Assembly: GCA_016213525.1 (NCBI GenBank)
Contig: JACRAE010000005.1
Location: 145,405-209,404 of the forward strand
DNA: 64,000 nucleotides
DNA from: Candidatus Aenigmatarchaeota archaeon
GTDB lineage: Archaea; Aenigmatarchaeota; Aenigmatarchaeia; CG10238-14; SCSR01
Direction: 5' to 3'
Shown: piece after piece, positions 18,203 to 26,942 of the stretch
Layout of the letters: each line of letters starts with the position of its first letter
Numbering within the stretch: the first letter of the stretch is position 1
Program-made: the position numbers and the translations under genes
The notes under the pieces: generated by a model
The model's database searches: none
What the model saw: the letters and a program-made list of their open reading frames with translations, nothing else
What the model was told of the DNA's origin: nothing

Positions 18203-18760
18203 ATGTACAAAATTGTAACCATCGAGGACAAGATCCGCGTCGGGCCGGAGAAGCTCACGCTGCCGAAGAAGGCCGCGGTCATGGAGTCGATAGCGGACAA
18301 GTACGAGAGCGTGCTCGAGCCGAAGATAGGCGTCGTCCTGGCCGTCGTCGGGGTCGACAAGGTCGGCGAGGGCAAGATATTCGCCGGCGACGCCGGCGTG
18401 CACTACATGACGACCTTCAAGATTTTGGCCTACAAGCCCGAGCTGCAGGAGACGGTCTACGGCGAGGTCATAGATAACACGGAGTTCGGCGCGTTCGTGA
18501 GGATGGGCCCCATGGACGGGCTCGTGCACATATCGCAGTTGATGGACGACTACGTCAGCTATGACAACAAGAGCTCGATGTTCCTCGGGAAGGAGTCCAA
18601 GCGCACGTTGAAGAAGGGCGACAAGGTGCGCGCGAGGATAATCTCGATCTCGTTCACGGACCAGCAGAAGATCGGCCTCACGATGAGGCAGGCCGGCCTG
18701 GGATGCGTGAACTGGATCAACGAGGACAGGAACAAGAGGGCGAAGGAGTCGAAGAAGTGA
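18203..18760 (+). CDS. rpoE: RNA polymerase subunit Rpo7 (RpoE')
   Basis: N-terminal Rpb7 fold followed by an S1 domain (GEVIDNTEFGAFVRMGPMDGLVHISQLMDD). Confidence 0.9.
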   Translation: MYKIVTIEDKIRVGPEKLTLPKKAAVMESIADKYESVLEPKIGVVLAVVGVDKVGEGKIFAGDAGVHYMTTFKILAYKPELQETVYGEVIDNTEFGAFVRMGPMDGLVHISQLMDDYVSYDNKSSMFLGKESKRTLKKGDKVRARIISISFTDQQKIGLTMRQAGLGCVNWINEDRNKRAKESKK

Positions 18761-18948
18761 TGTCGAAGAAGATGCAGGTCTGCAGGAACTGCAAGCGCTT
18801 CACGATGGAGAACGTCTGCCCGGTGTGCAAGTCGAGCAACATGTCCTCGAGCTGGAAGGGGGTCGTAGTTATAATGGACACGCAGAGCGAGACCGCCCTG
18901 AAGCTCAACATAACCGAGCCGGGAAGGTACGCCCTCTACGTCGGGTAG
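18760..18948 (+). CDS. spt4: transcription elongation factor Spt4 (RpoE'')
   Basis: MSKKMQVCRNCKRFTMENVCPVCKSSNMSSSWKGVVVIMD...GRYALYV is a Zn ribbon plus Spt4 core. The ATG overlaps the rpoE stop (TGATG). Confidence 0.88.
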   Translation: MSKKMQVCRNCKRFTMENVCPVCKSSNMSSSWKGVVVIMDTQSETALKLNITEPGRYALYVG

Positions 18949-18999
18949 GCTCCTAGGCAGGCTTAATAATGCTTTGGTACAATGTAATTTAGTGGTTTT

Positions 19000-19275
19000 A
19001 TGCAGGCAACAATAATCGAAGAGAAGGTCAATCCCTTCTTCAAGAGGAAGGAGCTCACGGTCCTCCTCAAGCACGAGGCTGTAGCCACCCCGTCGAAGGC
19101 CGAGCTGACGAAGATGCTCGCGGCGACGCAGGGCGTGCAGGAGTCGCAGGTCATCATAGAGTACATATTCACGAAGAAGGGGATATGCGAGTCCCTCGCG
19201 AAGGTGATGATTTTGAACGAGGCGCCGGCGCAGCCGGTAGAGGCCAGCAAGGAGGCTGTCGCAAGTGAAGCATAA
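19000..19275 (+). CDS. rps24e: 30S ribosomal protein S24e
   Basis: IIEEKVNPFFKRKELTVLLKHEAVATPSKAELTKMLAA... Confidence 0.88.
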   Translation: MQATIIEEKVNPFFKRKELTVLLKHEAVATPSKAELTKMLAATQGVQESQVIIEYIFTKKGICESLAKVMILNEAPAQPVEASKEAVASEA

Positions 19276-19411
19276 GCCCGTCAAGGCTAGCGCCAAGGTC
19301 GGCGCGAAGACCTGCCAGAGGTGCGGCGACGGCACGTACATGGCCCACCACAAGAAGGGCGGCAAGCCGAGGCACTACTGCGGCAAGTGCCACATGACCG
19401 TCTTCGAGTGA
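19265..19411 (+). CDS. rps27ae: 30S ribosomal protein S27ae (eS31)
   Basis: Not in the ORF track (48 aa). GTG start overlaps the S24e end by 11 nt. Translation (M)KHKPVKASAKVGAKTCQRCGDGTYMAHHKKGGKPRHYCGKCHMTVFE contains a C-x2-C...C-x2-C ribbon. The S24e-S27ae order is conserved in archaea. Confidence 0.75.
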   Translation: MKHKPVKASAKVGAKTCQRCGDGTYMAHHKKGGKPRHYCGKCHMTVFE

Positions 19412-19414
19412 TCC

Positions 19415-19912
19415 TCAGTCCCTGGCGTCCTTCCAGTGCGTGTGGTACATCCTGTCGAGCAGGGAGTATGTCTTCATCTTGTCGGCGGACTCCACCTTGA
19501 GCTGGGCGTTCCCGTACCAGGACCTCGGGTTCGGGACCTGCAGTATCTTTCCCCTTATTTTTTTCGGGGCGCCGTCGACCAGCTGCTTGTAGCCGTACTC
19601 GATCGCGGACCTGAGGTACGCCGCCGGGTCTATCACGGTAGCAGACTCCGTCTCGATGAACGACGCCTCTTCGACGTACCGTTTTCCGTCCCCGATGGGA
19701 GACGGGTCCACGGAGACCAGCTCGAACTGCTTTCCCGCCTTCATCGTCCCGGTGTCGCGGTATGTTATGAGAGGCTCCTCGAGTATCCGGCCGTCCCTTT
19801 CTTTGACGCGCCTCTGCACGATCTCCAGCTCAATGTCCCGGCCGAGGAACTTCCTCTCGAGCCTCTCGTGCCTGATCCTGTCGTAGACGCTGGCCAATCC
19901 CGGATCTTCCAT
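19415..19912 (-). CDS. hypothetical protein
   Basis: 165-aa ORF with balanced composition. The antisense 353-aa ORF is low-complexity. No motif recognised. Confidence 0.5.
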   Translation of the reverse strand: MEDPGLASVYDRIRHERLERKFLGRDIELEIVQRRVKERDGRILEEPLITYRDTGTMKAGKQFELVSVDPSPIGDGKRYVEEASFIETESATVIDPAAYLRSAIEYGYKQLVDGAPKKIRGKILQVPNPRSWYGNAQLKVESADKMKTYSLLDRMYHTHWKDARD

Positions 19913-19924
19913 AAAGAATATTTC

Positions 19925-20602
19925 TCAAATCAGCTTCAGGGCTTCCATCATCCTGGAGACCTCGAAGCCCGTCGTCGTTATCCCCGCGACGACGCCGTTC
20001 CCGTTCGCGATCGCGCAGCTGCCTATGAAGGGCGAGCCGAAGTTCGCGGTCCCTATGTCCGTCTCCACCTTGAGTATGTCCTGCACCGTGTCGAGCTCCT
20101 CCTCGCTGGCGTCCCTGTGCAGCACGCATCCCCTGTTAGTCGCTATGCCGCACGAGCCGACGCTCTCCAGCCCGGCCACAGTCTGGTAGTCGCACTCGAC
20201 GCCCAGGCAGTCCTTGACGACCGCGAGGTCCTCCCTGCTCAGGACCCTGCTCAGCACCGCCCCCCGGTCGTTGCACAAAATGACGTTCCCTATCGCCGTG
20301 AAGTCCGAGTCGACCACCCCCACGTTCATCCCCGTGGATTTGACGGCCCTCCTTATCGCCGCGACCTCCGAGTCGAGGGCTATGTTGGGCAAAAGTATGC
20401 CGTTGGAGTTCATCGCGCAGAATATGCCGACCAGTTCGGAGTTGGCCACGCCCGCCCTCACCGCCTTCACGCCCAGAGCCTCTGCGGCCAGTGCTAGGCT
20501 CTTGTCCTCCATCTGCTGGCCCGCAAGCAGGAGCTTGTCGGACGCCTTCATGAATAGCCCTATGTTCGGGTCGCCTAGAAAATCGGTCTGAACTGCCTTC
20601 AC
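19925..20602 (-). CDS. eif6: translation initiation factor aIF6
   Basis: Pentein repeats (GDPNIGLF, NSELVGIF, NSNGILLP, TAIGNVILCND, GSCGIATNRG, GSPFIGSCAIANGNG). Start set at GTG 20602, 5 nt after the L31e stop. The track's longer ORF overlaps L31e. Confidence 0.88.
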   Translation of the reverse strand: MKAVQTDFLGDPNIGLFMKASDKLLLAGQQMEDKSLALAAEALGVKAVRAGVANSELVGIFCAMNSNGILLPNIALDSEVAAIRRAVKSTGMNVGVVDSDFTAIGNVILCNDRGAVLSRVLSREDLAVVKDCLGVECDYQTVAGLESVGSCGIATNRGCVLHRDASEEELDTVQDILKVETDIGTANFGSPFIGSCAIANGNGVVAGITTTGFEVSRMMEALKLI

Positions 20603-20607
20603 GGGAC

Positions 20608-20862
20608 TCAGCCCACGTACTCTGTCTGGACCGAGCCGTCGTCCATCTTCTTGATCTTGAGCCTGTACCTCAGCTGCGGCCACTTCCCGCCCCTCTTCCA
20701 CATGAGGGCGTTCGTGACCTGGTCTATCTTGACCTTCCCGTTGTCGGAGTGCTTGGCGACGTCCCTTCTCAGTATGGACATGGCGTCCTTGCTCCTCCTC
20801 CACTTCGGAGTCTTGATCGCGTCCTTCCTTATGTTGAACACGAGTATTTTGTCTTCTGCCAT
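20608..20862 (-). CDS. rpl31e: 50S ribosomal protein L31e
   Basis: ILVFNIRKDAIKTPKWRRSKDAMSILRRDVAKH...ALMWKRGGKWP..RYRLKI. Confidence 0.9.
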   Translation of the reverse strand: MAEDKILVFNIRKDAIKTPKWRRSKDAMSILRRDVAKHSDNGKVKIDQVTNALMWKRGGKWPQLRYRLKIKKMDDGSVQTEYVG

Positions 20863-20882
20863 GCCGATAACTTGTCCGCGAA

Positions 20883-20893
20883 ACTATATAAAT
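20883..20893 (+). promoter_or_regulatory. TATA-like box
   Basis: actatataaat, about 35 nt upstream of pilin ATG 20923. Confidence 0.45.
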
Positions 20894-20922
20894 CGTCTTT
20901 CCCCATCTTAGTAACGAGAGAA

Positions 20923-21336
20923 ATGAAAGGACTCAGCCCGATTGTAGCAACGATAGTTCTTATCGCGTTCGCCGTCGCCGTCGGCGGCCTGGTGGCGCTC
21001 TGGCTGACCAATTTTGCGACCAGCACGACCGAGTACACGAGCGAGCAGGGCGACAAGCTCACCGCCTGCGCCGGCACGAGGCTCAAGTTCGACAACGTCG
21101 GCTCGTCCAGCATAATCTACTCCAACCCGACGGTCAAGCTGATAACCAACATAACCGTCTATGACATGAACGGGAGGAATCTCACGTTCAACGCCACCAG
21201 CATGGCGTCCGGCCAGGTGGCGAACATAACCTGGGCGAGGGGCAGCAACACGTCCGTCTTCATGCGCGGCGTGTGCGAGGACTCGATAGTCGTCGAGGGC
21301 AACTGCAAGACCGGCCAGGTCTGCTGGGGCGAGTGA
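20923..21336 (+). CDS. type IV pilin-like protein (class III signal)
   Basis: MKG|LSPIVATIVLIAFAVAVGGLVALWLTNF. ATG about 35 nt after actatataaat. C-terminal Cys cluster NCKTGQVCWGE. Confidence 0.85.
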   Translation: MKGLSPIVATIVLIAFAVAVGGLVALWLTNFATSTTEYTSEQGDKLTACAGTRLKFDNVGSSSIIYSNPTVKLITNITVYDMNGRNLTFNATSMASGQVANITWARGSNTSVFMRGVCEDSIVVEGNCKTGQVCWGE

Positions 21337-21343
21337 TTTTGAG

Positions 21344-21820
21344 ATGAAGGGAATAAGCCCGTTCGTCGCAGCCATCCTCCTTATAGCCCTCACAGTCGCG
21401 GTCGGCGGCCTCCTCGCGGTGTGGTTCTCCACGCTCACGAGCAGCCAGACTCAGACCGTCTCTGCCACGTCCGAGCAGCTAGCCAAGTGCGCCTCCAGTT
21501 CCCTTACGATAAACGAGGTCAGGTACTCCTCAACGGGGGCTTCAAGGCTGGTCAACGTCACGACGTCCTCGAGCGGGTCGCAGTACCTGAAGAACATAAC
21601 GATATCAATATCCGGCGGCGGCGCGACGTCGAACAGCATAAAATATTATAACGCAAGCGGCGACGACCTTGCCCCAGGAGGCGTGTTCGCGGCTTCGATT
21701 AACACCACAGGCGGCGCCCTCGTCCCGCCTGAGATAGTCTCCGCCAGCGGAATCTGCCAGGGACAGTACGCGGTCTCCGTCAGCTGCAAGGCCGGCGAGG
21801 CCTGCATGAAGCCCTCCTAG
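21344..21820 (+). CDS. type IV pilin-like protein (class III signal)
   Basis: MKG|ISPFVAAILLIALTVAVGGLLAVWFSTL, 7 nt after the previous stop. C-terminal Cys cluster VSCKAGEACMKPS. Confidence 0.85.
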   Translation: MKGISPFVAAILLIALTVAVGGLLAVWFSTLTSSQTQTVSATSEQLAKCASSSLTINEVRYSSTGASRLVNVTTSSSGSQYLKNITISISGGGATSNSIKYYNASGDDLAPGGVFAASINTTGGALVPPEIVSASGICQGQYAVSVSCKAGEACMKPS

Positions 21821-21851
21821 TCTCGGCTCTGCCCCGGTCTTTCGTCCGTCG

Positions 21852-21863
21852 CCTTTAATTTCT
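21852..21863 (+). promoter_or_regulatory. TATA-like box (pilin promoter 12-mer)
   Basis: cctttaatttct, 21 nt before ATG 21885. Identical to 14153..14164. Confidence 0.5.
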
Positions 21864-21884
21864 CCAGAAGCGAATTATTCTTCG

Positions 21885-22298
21885 ATGAAAGGAGTAAGCC
21901 CGATTATAGCCACGGTCATCGTGGTAGGTTTCGCGGTCGCCATAGGCGCGTCGGTCAGCATCTGGGGGACCGGATTCATATCCGGCCAGACGCAGACTAT
22001 CGAGGAGAGCTTCGAGGAGCAGGTCGACTGCAGCTCCGCCACGATGGTCCTCAACAAGGTGACGTGCAACGAGGACGGGTCTTTGCTGGGAATGTGGCAC
22101 TTCGAGGAGAACGGGGGCAGCGTCGCCAGGGACTCCAGCCAGAACGGGAGGCAGATCAACCTCACCTCTCCTTCGTGGGTCTCTGGCAAGAGCGGCCGCG
22201 CCCTCGACTTCACCGGGTCGAACTACGGCGCCGTCAACGGCTCCGAGTCGCTGAACCCGGCGAAGTTCACCATAGAGGCGTGGGTGTACAAGCCGTGA
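21885..22298 (+). CDS. type IV pilin-like protein ending in an orphan N-terminal LamG fragment
   Basis: MKG|VSPIIATVIVVGFAVAIGASVSIW. The C-terminal 75 aa LLGMWHFEENGGSVARDSSQNGRQ..GRALDFTGSNY...AKFTIEAWVYKP are colinear with the first third of the LamG modules of the giants and stop abruptly. The stop overlaps the next start (TGATG). Confidence 0.75.
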   Translation: MKGVSPIIATVIVVGFAVAIGASVSIWGTGFISGQTQTIEESFEEQVDCSSATMVLNKVTCNEDGSLLGMWHFEENGGSVARDSSQNGRQINLTSPSWVSGKSGRALDFTGSNYGAVNGSESLNPAKFTIEAWVYKP

Positions 22299-24550
22299 TG
22301 AAGGCAATCTTGTTTTTGTCCTTCATAGTGGCGTTCGTGTTCTCAATCGGAGAGGCAAGTGCTCTGATAACGGTTTGCGCCTCGGGCTGCGATGCGACCT
22401 CGGTTGCAGTCGGGCTCAGCATTGCCGCCGCAAACGAGGAGGTTAGGATTATAGACTCGGGCTACTACAACGAGGGACCAACCGTCTCGAGCAACAAGTT
22501 CCTCACGTCGAACTCCTCCGTCAGACCCACGATATGGTCCAACTCTGCCACATGTTGCAACATAGCGACCGCGAGCGGTATGATTGTATCGGGGAGCAAC
22601 GTGGTGATTAGGAACATAAGGATAGTAAAGAACAACAGCAACCCATTCTCGTCTGGAATGTCTATAGGCAGCGGGACCAATATCACAATAGAGAACACCG
22701 TCATAGAGGACCCAAGCTGGTGGGGGGTCTATGTGGGGTCCCCTAATCGTCTCAATTTCATAAACAACACCGTCTTGAGCGGGCTTAGCTCCTACGGAGC
22801 CGAGTTCAATGGAGTCTCTGACGGCTGGATACAGAACAACAGCAACATATCCAACAACGTATTTTCAGGTAGCGGCCAGAACGGATACAAGAATAACTTG
22901 ATTATGGGAAGTAACAACACCGTGAGCGGGAATATTTTTAACTGTGATGTAGAATGTTTGCATGTAAATGGGACGTCTAGCAATAACAACAGCATAAACA
23001 ACAACACCTTCCTTATGAGCCCAACAGGATATTCCAACATAGCCCTTAATATTCACGGCGCCGGCGTAAACAACGTCGTGGCATACAACAACTTTAGCGT
23101 GGTCGGTTCCGGGTCGAGTTCGACCTACGGAAACGCCATAAAACTGTCCTGGACGAACCACACACAAGTCTACGGCAACACGATATATGTCGCCGCGCAC
23201 TACGTCTATAACATAAATTGGTTGAAGGGAATATACCTATATCGGACGTTCTACAGCAACCTATCGTCAAACAACATATATATCACAGGCGACGCCTTTA
23301 CAACCCCAACCTACCTTAACTCCAACGGTTGGGGAATATATGACCAAGAATCATCGAACAACATCTATTCCAACAACATCGTAGCCGTCAACGGCACTGG
23401 AGACGACTATGGTATATACCTATATTCATCCAACAACTCGGTTCACATAAATGACTCCATGTTCACCAACAGCAGCCGCAGCCACGCACTCATAATACGC
23501 TATTCGACTAACAACACGTTCTACGACTCTGTTATAAATTCGACCACGGATCCAGATGTGAACGTCGGATACGGGAACGGTACAACGTATTTGGTCAACG
23601 TCACCATGAACAAGTCAGACATAAATTTCTCGTCCCAATATGAGGGGGACAGGGTCTATGTACAGTACTACGTGAACGCAAGGGCTACCGACAACTCAGC
23701 CGCGCCGATGAGTGGAATCGTGATATACGGGAACGACTCCTCATCTGTCCAAGATTACGACAACCCAACGAGCAACTTCTCCGCCACCACGAACTCCACC
23801 GGCTACATGCCACAGCAGATCCTTACCCAGTTTATGGCGAACGGAACTTACAGACTCGGAAGCTACCTGCAGTTCAGCAACTATACCATAGTCGCACGGG
23901 GCGAGACATTCTCTGCATCATCCCAATTGAACCTAACCCAGAACTCGTTCGTCGGTCTGGCAATAGCCAGACTCGTGTCAATTTTCTCGAAGGGATCCGA
24001 TTCGTACGGGATTATGGCGGGGGACACCGGTGACGCGGTCTATGGATTCGTGAACTCTCAGAACGCGTCGTCTACTTTATCAAGCGGCTGGAGCCATGTG
24101 GTCATGACTTTCGATTCGGGCACAATCAGGCTGTACGTCAACGGTCAGCTAGCCGGAACTGGCAGCACCTCCGCCACGCCCGCGGCTAGCAGCAGGAGCA
24201 TCATAATCGGCAACGGCACGGACCTCGTAATCGACGAGGTGACGTTCCGCTCGGGCGTCCTATCGCAGGGCGCCATCGAGCAGCACTACCAGGTCGGACC
24301 GGGCCTCAAGGCGATAGTGTCCGCGGTCGGCGGGGGCAGCTTCGGCAGGAACTTCAACATATCTGCCTCGACGGGCGACGGCTCGTTCTCTAACAGGCAT
24401 GTAACGGCGGCGGACCTCCTCGCAGGCACGACGCAGTCCGTCAACCTGCCGAACGCGACGGGGGTCCCCACCGCCGTGGTCGTGACCAGCAACTCCTGCA
24501 ACCAGGTGCTGACCGCGACGAAGGCGCAGCTGAGCGGGGTCTACTGCTAG
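22298..24550 (+). CDS. secreted parallel beta-helix (PbH1/NosD-like) protein with C-terminal LamG-like module and Cys-terminated cap
   Basis: Start at ATG 22298 (Sec signal MKAILFLSFIVAFVFSIGEASA). Repeats of the type N.I....G.DYGIYLYSSNNS. C-terminus WSHVVMTFDSGTIRLYVNGQLAG...IDEVTFRSGVLSQGAIEQHY. Ends ..QLSGVYC. Confidence 0.85.
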   Translation: MKAILFLSFIVAFVFSIGEASALITVCASGCDATSVAVGLSIAAANEEVRIIDSGYYNEGPTVSSNKFLTSNSSVRPTIWSNSATCCNIATASGMIVSGSNVVIRNIRIVKNNSNPFSSGMSIGSGTNITIENTVIEDPSWWGVYVGSPNRLNFINNTVLSGLSSYGAEFNGVSDGWIQNNSNISNNVFSGSGQNGYKNNLIMGSNNTVSGNIFNCDVECLHVNGTSSNNNSINNNTFLMSPTGYSNIALNIHGAGVNNVVAYNNFSVVGSGSSSTYGNAIKLSWTNHTQVYGNTIYVAAHYVYNINWLKGIYLYRTFYSNLSSNNIYITGDAFTTPTYLNSNGWGIYDQESSNNIYSNNIVAVNGTGDDYGIYLYSSNNSVHINDSMFTNSSRSHALIIRYSTNNTFYDSVINSTTDPDVNVGYGNGTTYLVNVTMNKSDINFSSQYEGDRVYVQYYVNARATDNSAAPMSGIVIYGNDSSSVQDYDNPTSNFSATTNSTGYMPQQILTQFMANGTYRLGSYLQFSNYTIVARGETFSASSQLNLTQNSFVGLAIARLVSIFSKGSDSYGIMAGDTGDAVYGFVNSQNASSTLSSGWSHVVMTFDSGTIRLYVNGQLAGTGSTSATPAASSRSIIIGNGTDLVIDEVTFRSGVLSQGAIEQHYQVGPGLKAIVSAVGGGSFGRNFNISASTGDGSFSNRHVTAADLLAGTTQSVNLPNATGVPTAVVVTSNSCNQVLTATKAQLSGVYC
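24086..24550. repeat. inverted-repeat arm A (3' end of beta-helix gene 22298..24550)
   Basis: The reverse complement of 33328..33792 aligns without gaps. The terminal 281 nt (24270..24550) differ at only about 8 positions by eye. Identity is lower upstream. Confidence 0.85.
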
Positions 24551-24585
24551 TCAAATTTATTTCAAAAAACTTCAGACTGTCGGGA

Positions 24586-24753
24586 CTATACCCTCAGCCT
24601 GGACCTTCTCCAGCGCTTCATCTGGCCTATGCTAATCCTGCGGGAGCGGGCGCGCTTCAGGCCGAACTTCTTGATGTCCGCCCACCTCGGCGCGTTCCTC
24701 ACCTTTCCGATCTTTACGAGCTTGACCTTCTTCGATATGTGGTTTATCGCCAT
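24586..24753 (-). CDS. rpl39e: 50S ribosomal protein L39e
   Basis: Not in the ORF track (55 aa). Translation MAINHISKKVKLVKIGKVRNAPRWADIKKFGLKRARSRRISIGQMKRWRRSRLRV fits the L39e pattern K.K.L.K....N...P.W....K........R.WRR..L. Confidence 0.7.
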   Translation of the reverse strand: MAINHISKKVKLVKIGKVRNAPRWADIKKFGLKRARSRRISIGQMKRWRRSRLRV

Positions 24754-24759
24754 GTCAAA

Positions 24760-25524
24760 TCACTCCAGCAGCTTCCTGAGCTCCCTCGACTTCTCCATCG
24801 CGAGCTCCATCATGCCCGGTATCTCGCCGATCATGATTCCCTTGCTGCCCTGCTTCTGAAGGGCGCATATCTTGTCGTCCTCCCTCACCGATATGGAGAT
24901 CCTCGAGTCTATCGAGCCCTCCTCCAGCTTGGTCGGGTCCAGCACGACGTTCGAGCCGACCTTGCAGACCGAGACGTTTATCGGCGTGTGCACGACGGGC
25001 AGGTCGGCGACGTAGTCGTTCCTTACAATCTCCATCTTCTCCAAATCCACGCGCGGAATCTTCGTGGTCTTCAACGCGGCTATCGCCCCGAGCGCGGAGG
25101 CGTCCATCAAGTTCCCGTCGTGGTTGATTATGTGTATGTCGACGTTGACCACCCAGACGTTCTTCTCGTCTATCACGAGCTTCCCAACGTCTATGCAGTG
25201 CGACTCCCTGATTCCCCTGTCGACCACCCTCGCCAGCTCTATCGACTCCGGGCTCGGCGGGCCGGACTCGAAGTCAGGCGAGGACATCGGGGTGAACTCG
25301 GCGCCGCACATCAGGACTCCCTCGCCCATGGAGTCCGCATATGGCGTTCCCATGTTCATCTTGACGCCCACAATTACCTGAGTCTCTCCCATCTTCACGT
25401 ACGCCGAGCCCTCCGCCTTGTTTATCACGTTCGTCTTCAGTTCTATCTCCCTGAACTCGAGCAGCTTCCTGCCGTCGACCCTCATCCCCTTGTTGATCAG
25501 TTCAAGCGCGTATTTTTCCTGCAT
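24760..25524 (-). CDS. rrp42: exosome complex subunit Rrp42
   Basis: RNase PH-like fold (RVDGRKLLEFREIELKTNVINKAEGSAYVKMGETQVIVGVK). Directly downstream of rrp41. Confidence 0.9.
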   Translation of the reverse strand: MQEKYALELINKGMRVDGRKLLEFREIELKTNVINKAEGSAYVKMGETQVIVGVKMNMGTPYADSMGEGVLMCGAEFTPMSSPDFESGPPSPESIELARVVDRGIRESHCIDVGKLVIDEKNVWVVNVDIHIINHDGNLMDASALGAIAALKTTKIPRVDLEKMEIVRNDYVADLPVVHTPINVSVCKVGSNVVLDPTKLEEGSIDSRISISVREDDKICALQKQGSKGIMIGEIPGMMELAMEKSRELRKLLE

Positions 25525-25525
25525 C

Positions 25526-26251
25526 TTACTCTCCCCTCTTCACATAGAAGTCTCTTAGAGCCTTTTTCTGCTTTTCGAGTATCTGCCCGCAGGCGGTCTG
25601 GGCCATGTCGAGCAGCTTCTTGATCTCGTCCAGAGTGAGCTCTCCGTCCATTTGCAGCAGCGTCACTTCTCCGGTGTCGTGGACCATGGCGAATCCCATG
25701 TCTGCCTCGCCGAAGTTGTCCTCCTTCCCGTTGAGGTCCGTCACCAGCTCGCCGTCGGCCTTTCCGACCGAGACTGCGGTGACCATGTGGCTCATCGGTA
25801 TACCGGCCGCCACTAGGGCGAGCGAAACGGCATTTATCCCCGTGACCCTCGTGGAGCCGTCCGCCTGGATGACCTCCGCGAAGGCGTCGACCGTGACCTT
25901 CGGAAATTCCTGTAAAAACAAAACGGGCTCCAGCGCGTGCTTCATGACTTTGGATATCTCCTGGCTCCTCCTGTCCTGTCCCGGCTTCTTCCTGTCGTCG
26001 ACCGAGAACGGGGCCATGTTGTACCTCGTCCTCAGGATGCCCGTGTCGGACTCCTGCATGAACCTCGGGAAGAGCTCCCTCGGTCCATAGACGGACGCCA
26101 AAGCCACAGTGCTTCCGAATCCGACCTTGGCGGAGCCGTCGGCTGCGGGAATCACGTTGACTTCCATCGTAACCTCCCTGCACTGGTCGACGGTCCTTCC
26201 GTCGGTCCTCTTTCCGTCTACAATGAGCTTGATGTCACTCTTGTGTCCCAT
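25526..26251 (-). CDS. rrp41: exosome complex exonuclease Rrp41 (RNase PH)
   Basis: RTDGRTVDQCREVTMEVNVIPAADGSAKVGFGSTVALASVYGPRE...QADGSTRVTGINA. Confidence 0.92.
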   Translation of the reverse strand: MGHKSDIKLIVDGKRTDGRTVDQCREVTMEVNVIPAADGSAKVGFGSTVALASVYGPRELFPRFMQESDTGILRTRYNMAPFSVDDRKKPGQDRRSQEISKVMKHALEPVLFLQEFPKVTVDAFAEVIQADGSTRVTGINAVSLALVAAGIPMSHMVTAVSVGKADGELVTDLNGKEDNFGEADMGFAMVHDTGEVTLLQMDGELTLDEIKKLLDMAQTACGQILEKQKKALRDFYVKRGE

Positions 26252-26942
26252 TTATTTTACCTCCCACCATCTTCTCTATCTTCTCAGTGAGGCCCGGCAT
26301 GTGAGACTCCTTGTCTATCGTCAAGATTGCCTCCATCGCCAGAGCCTGGTTCTCGCCCTTTATCCAGACGTACCCGTTCTGGCCGGTCGAGATCTCCGTC
26401 CCTGTGCCCTCCTTGATAAGGTTGATCATGCTGCCGTTCTTCCCTATGATGCGCGGTATCTTGCTCGGGGTCACCTTGATTACGGTGCCGCCGTTGAGCT
26501 TGCGGGCCATCATGTCCCTCATCGAGCACTGGACTGACTTCGTCTTAGTGACGCGAGAAATTCTGCACGCGATTATGTCGCCGCGGTTGAAGAACTTCGT
26601 CAGGTCCGCCCTCGCGTCCACATATTCCTCCACTCCCTCTGAGAGCGGGAGGAATCCCATATAAGGAGAGTTGATGTCTATGAGCCAGCCCGAGATCTCC
26701 ACTTCCTTCACGACTCCTATGACCTTGTCGCTGAAGGCCGGTATGTACTTCCCGGAGAGCGGAACAACTGAAACCTCGTATATGCCGACCCTAGGCACCC
26801 CGACGACCTGCGAGTACGCCTTGTCGTCCTGTATGTAGACGCCCGCGTTAGTCTTCCTGCCTTTCAGGTCGTCTATGAACTCTCCCGGCAAAACTATCCT
26901 GGGAGCCTTCTTTTCCTGGACTTGATTTTCCATATCACTCAT
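26235..26942 (-). CDS. rrp4: exosome complex RNA-binding subunit Rrp4 (S1+KH)
   Basis: N-terminal domain, S1 (VIGVVKEVEISGWLIDINSPYMGFL) and KH (IPRIIGKNGSMINLIKEGTGTEI). Confidence 0.9.
   Translation of the reverse strand: MSDMENQVQEKKAPRIVLPGEFIDDLKGRKTNAGVYIQDDKAYSQVVGVPRVGIYEVSVVPLSGKYIPAFSDKVIGVVKEVEISGWLIDINSPYMGFLPLSEGVEEYVDARADLTKFFNRGDIIACRISRVTKTKSVQCSMRDMMARKLNGGTVIKVTPSKIPRIIGKNGSMINLIKEGTGTEISTGQNGYVWIKGENQALAMEAILTIDKESHMPGLTEKIEKMVGGKINGTQE

Noticed and set aside
22064-22297. The 5' extension of the beta-helix ORF (track ORF 22064..24550), or a programmed frameshift fusing the third pilin to it.
   Set aside because: The extension is R/G-rich junk overlapping the pilin gene in another frame. 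A textbook Sec signal begins exactly at ATG 22298. The pilin frame ends in tandem stops (TGATGA), and I see no slippery heptamer.
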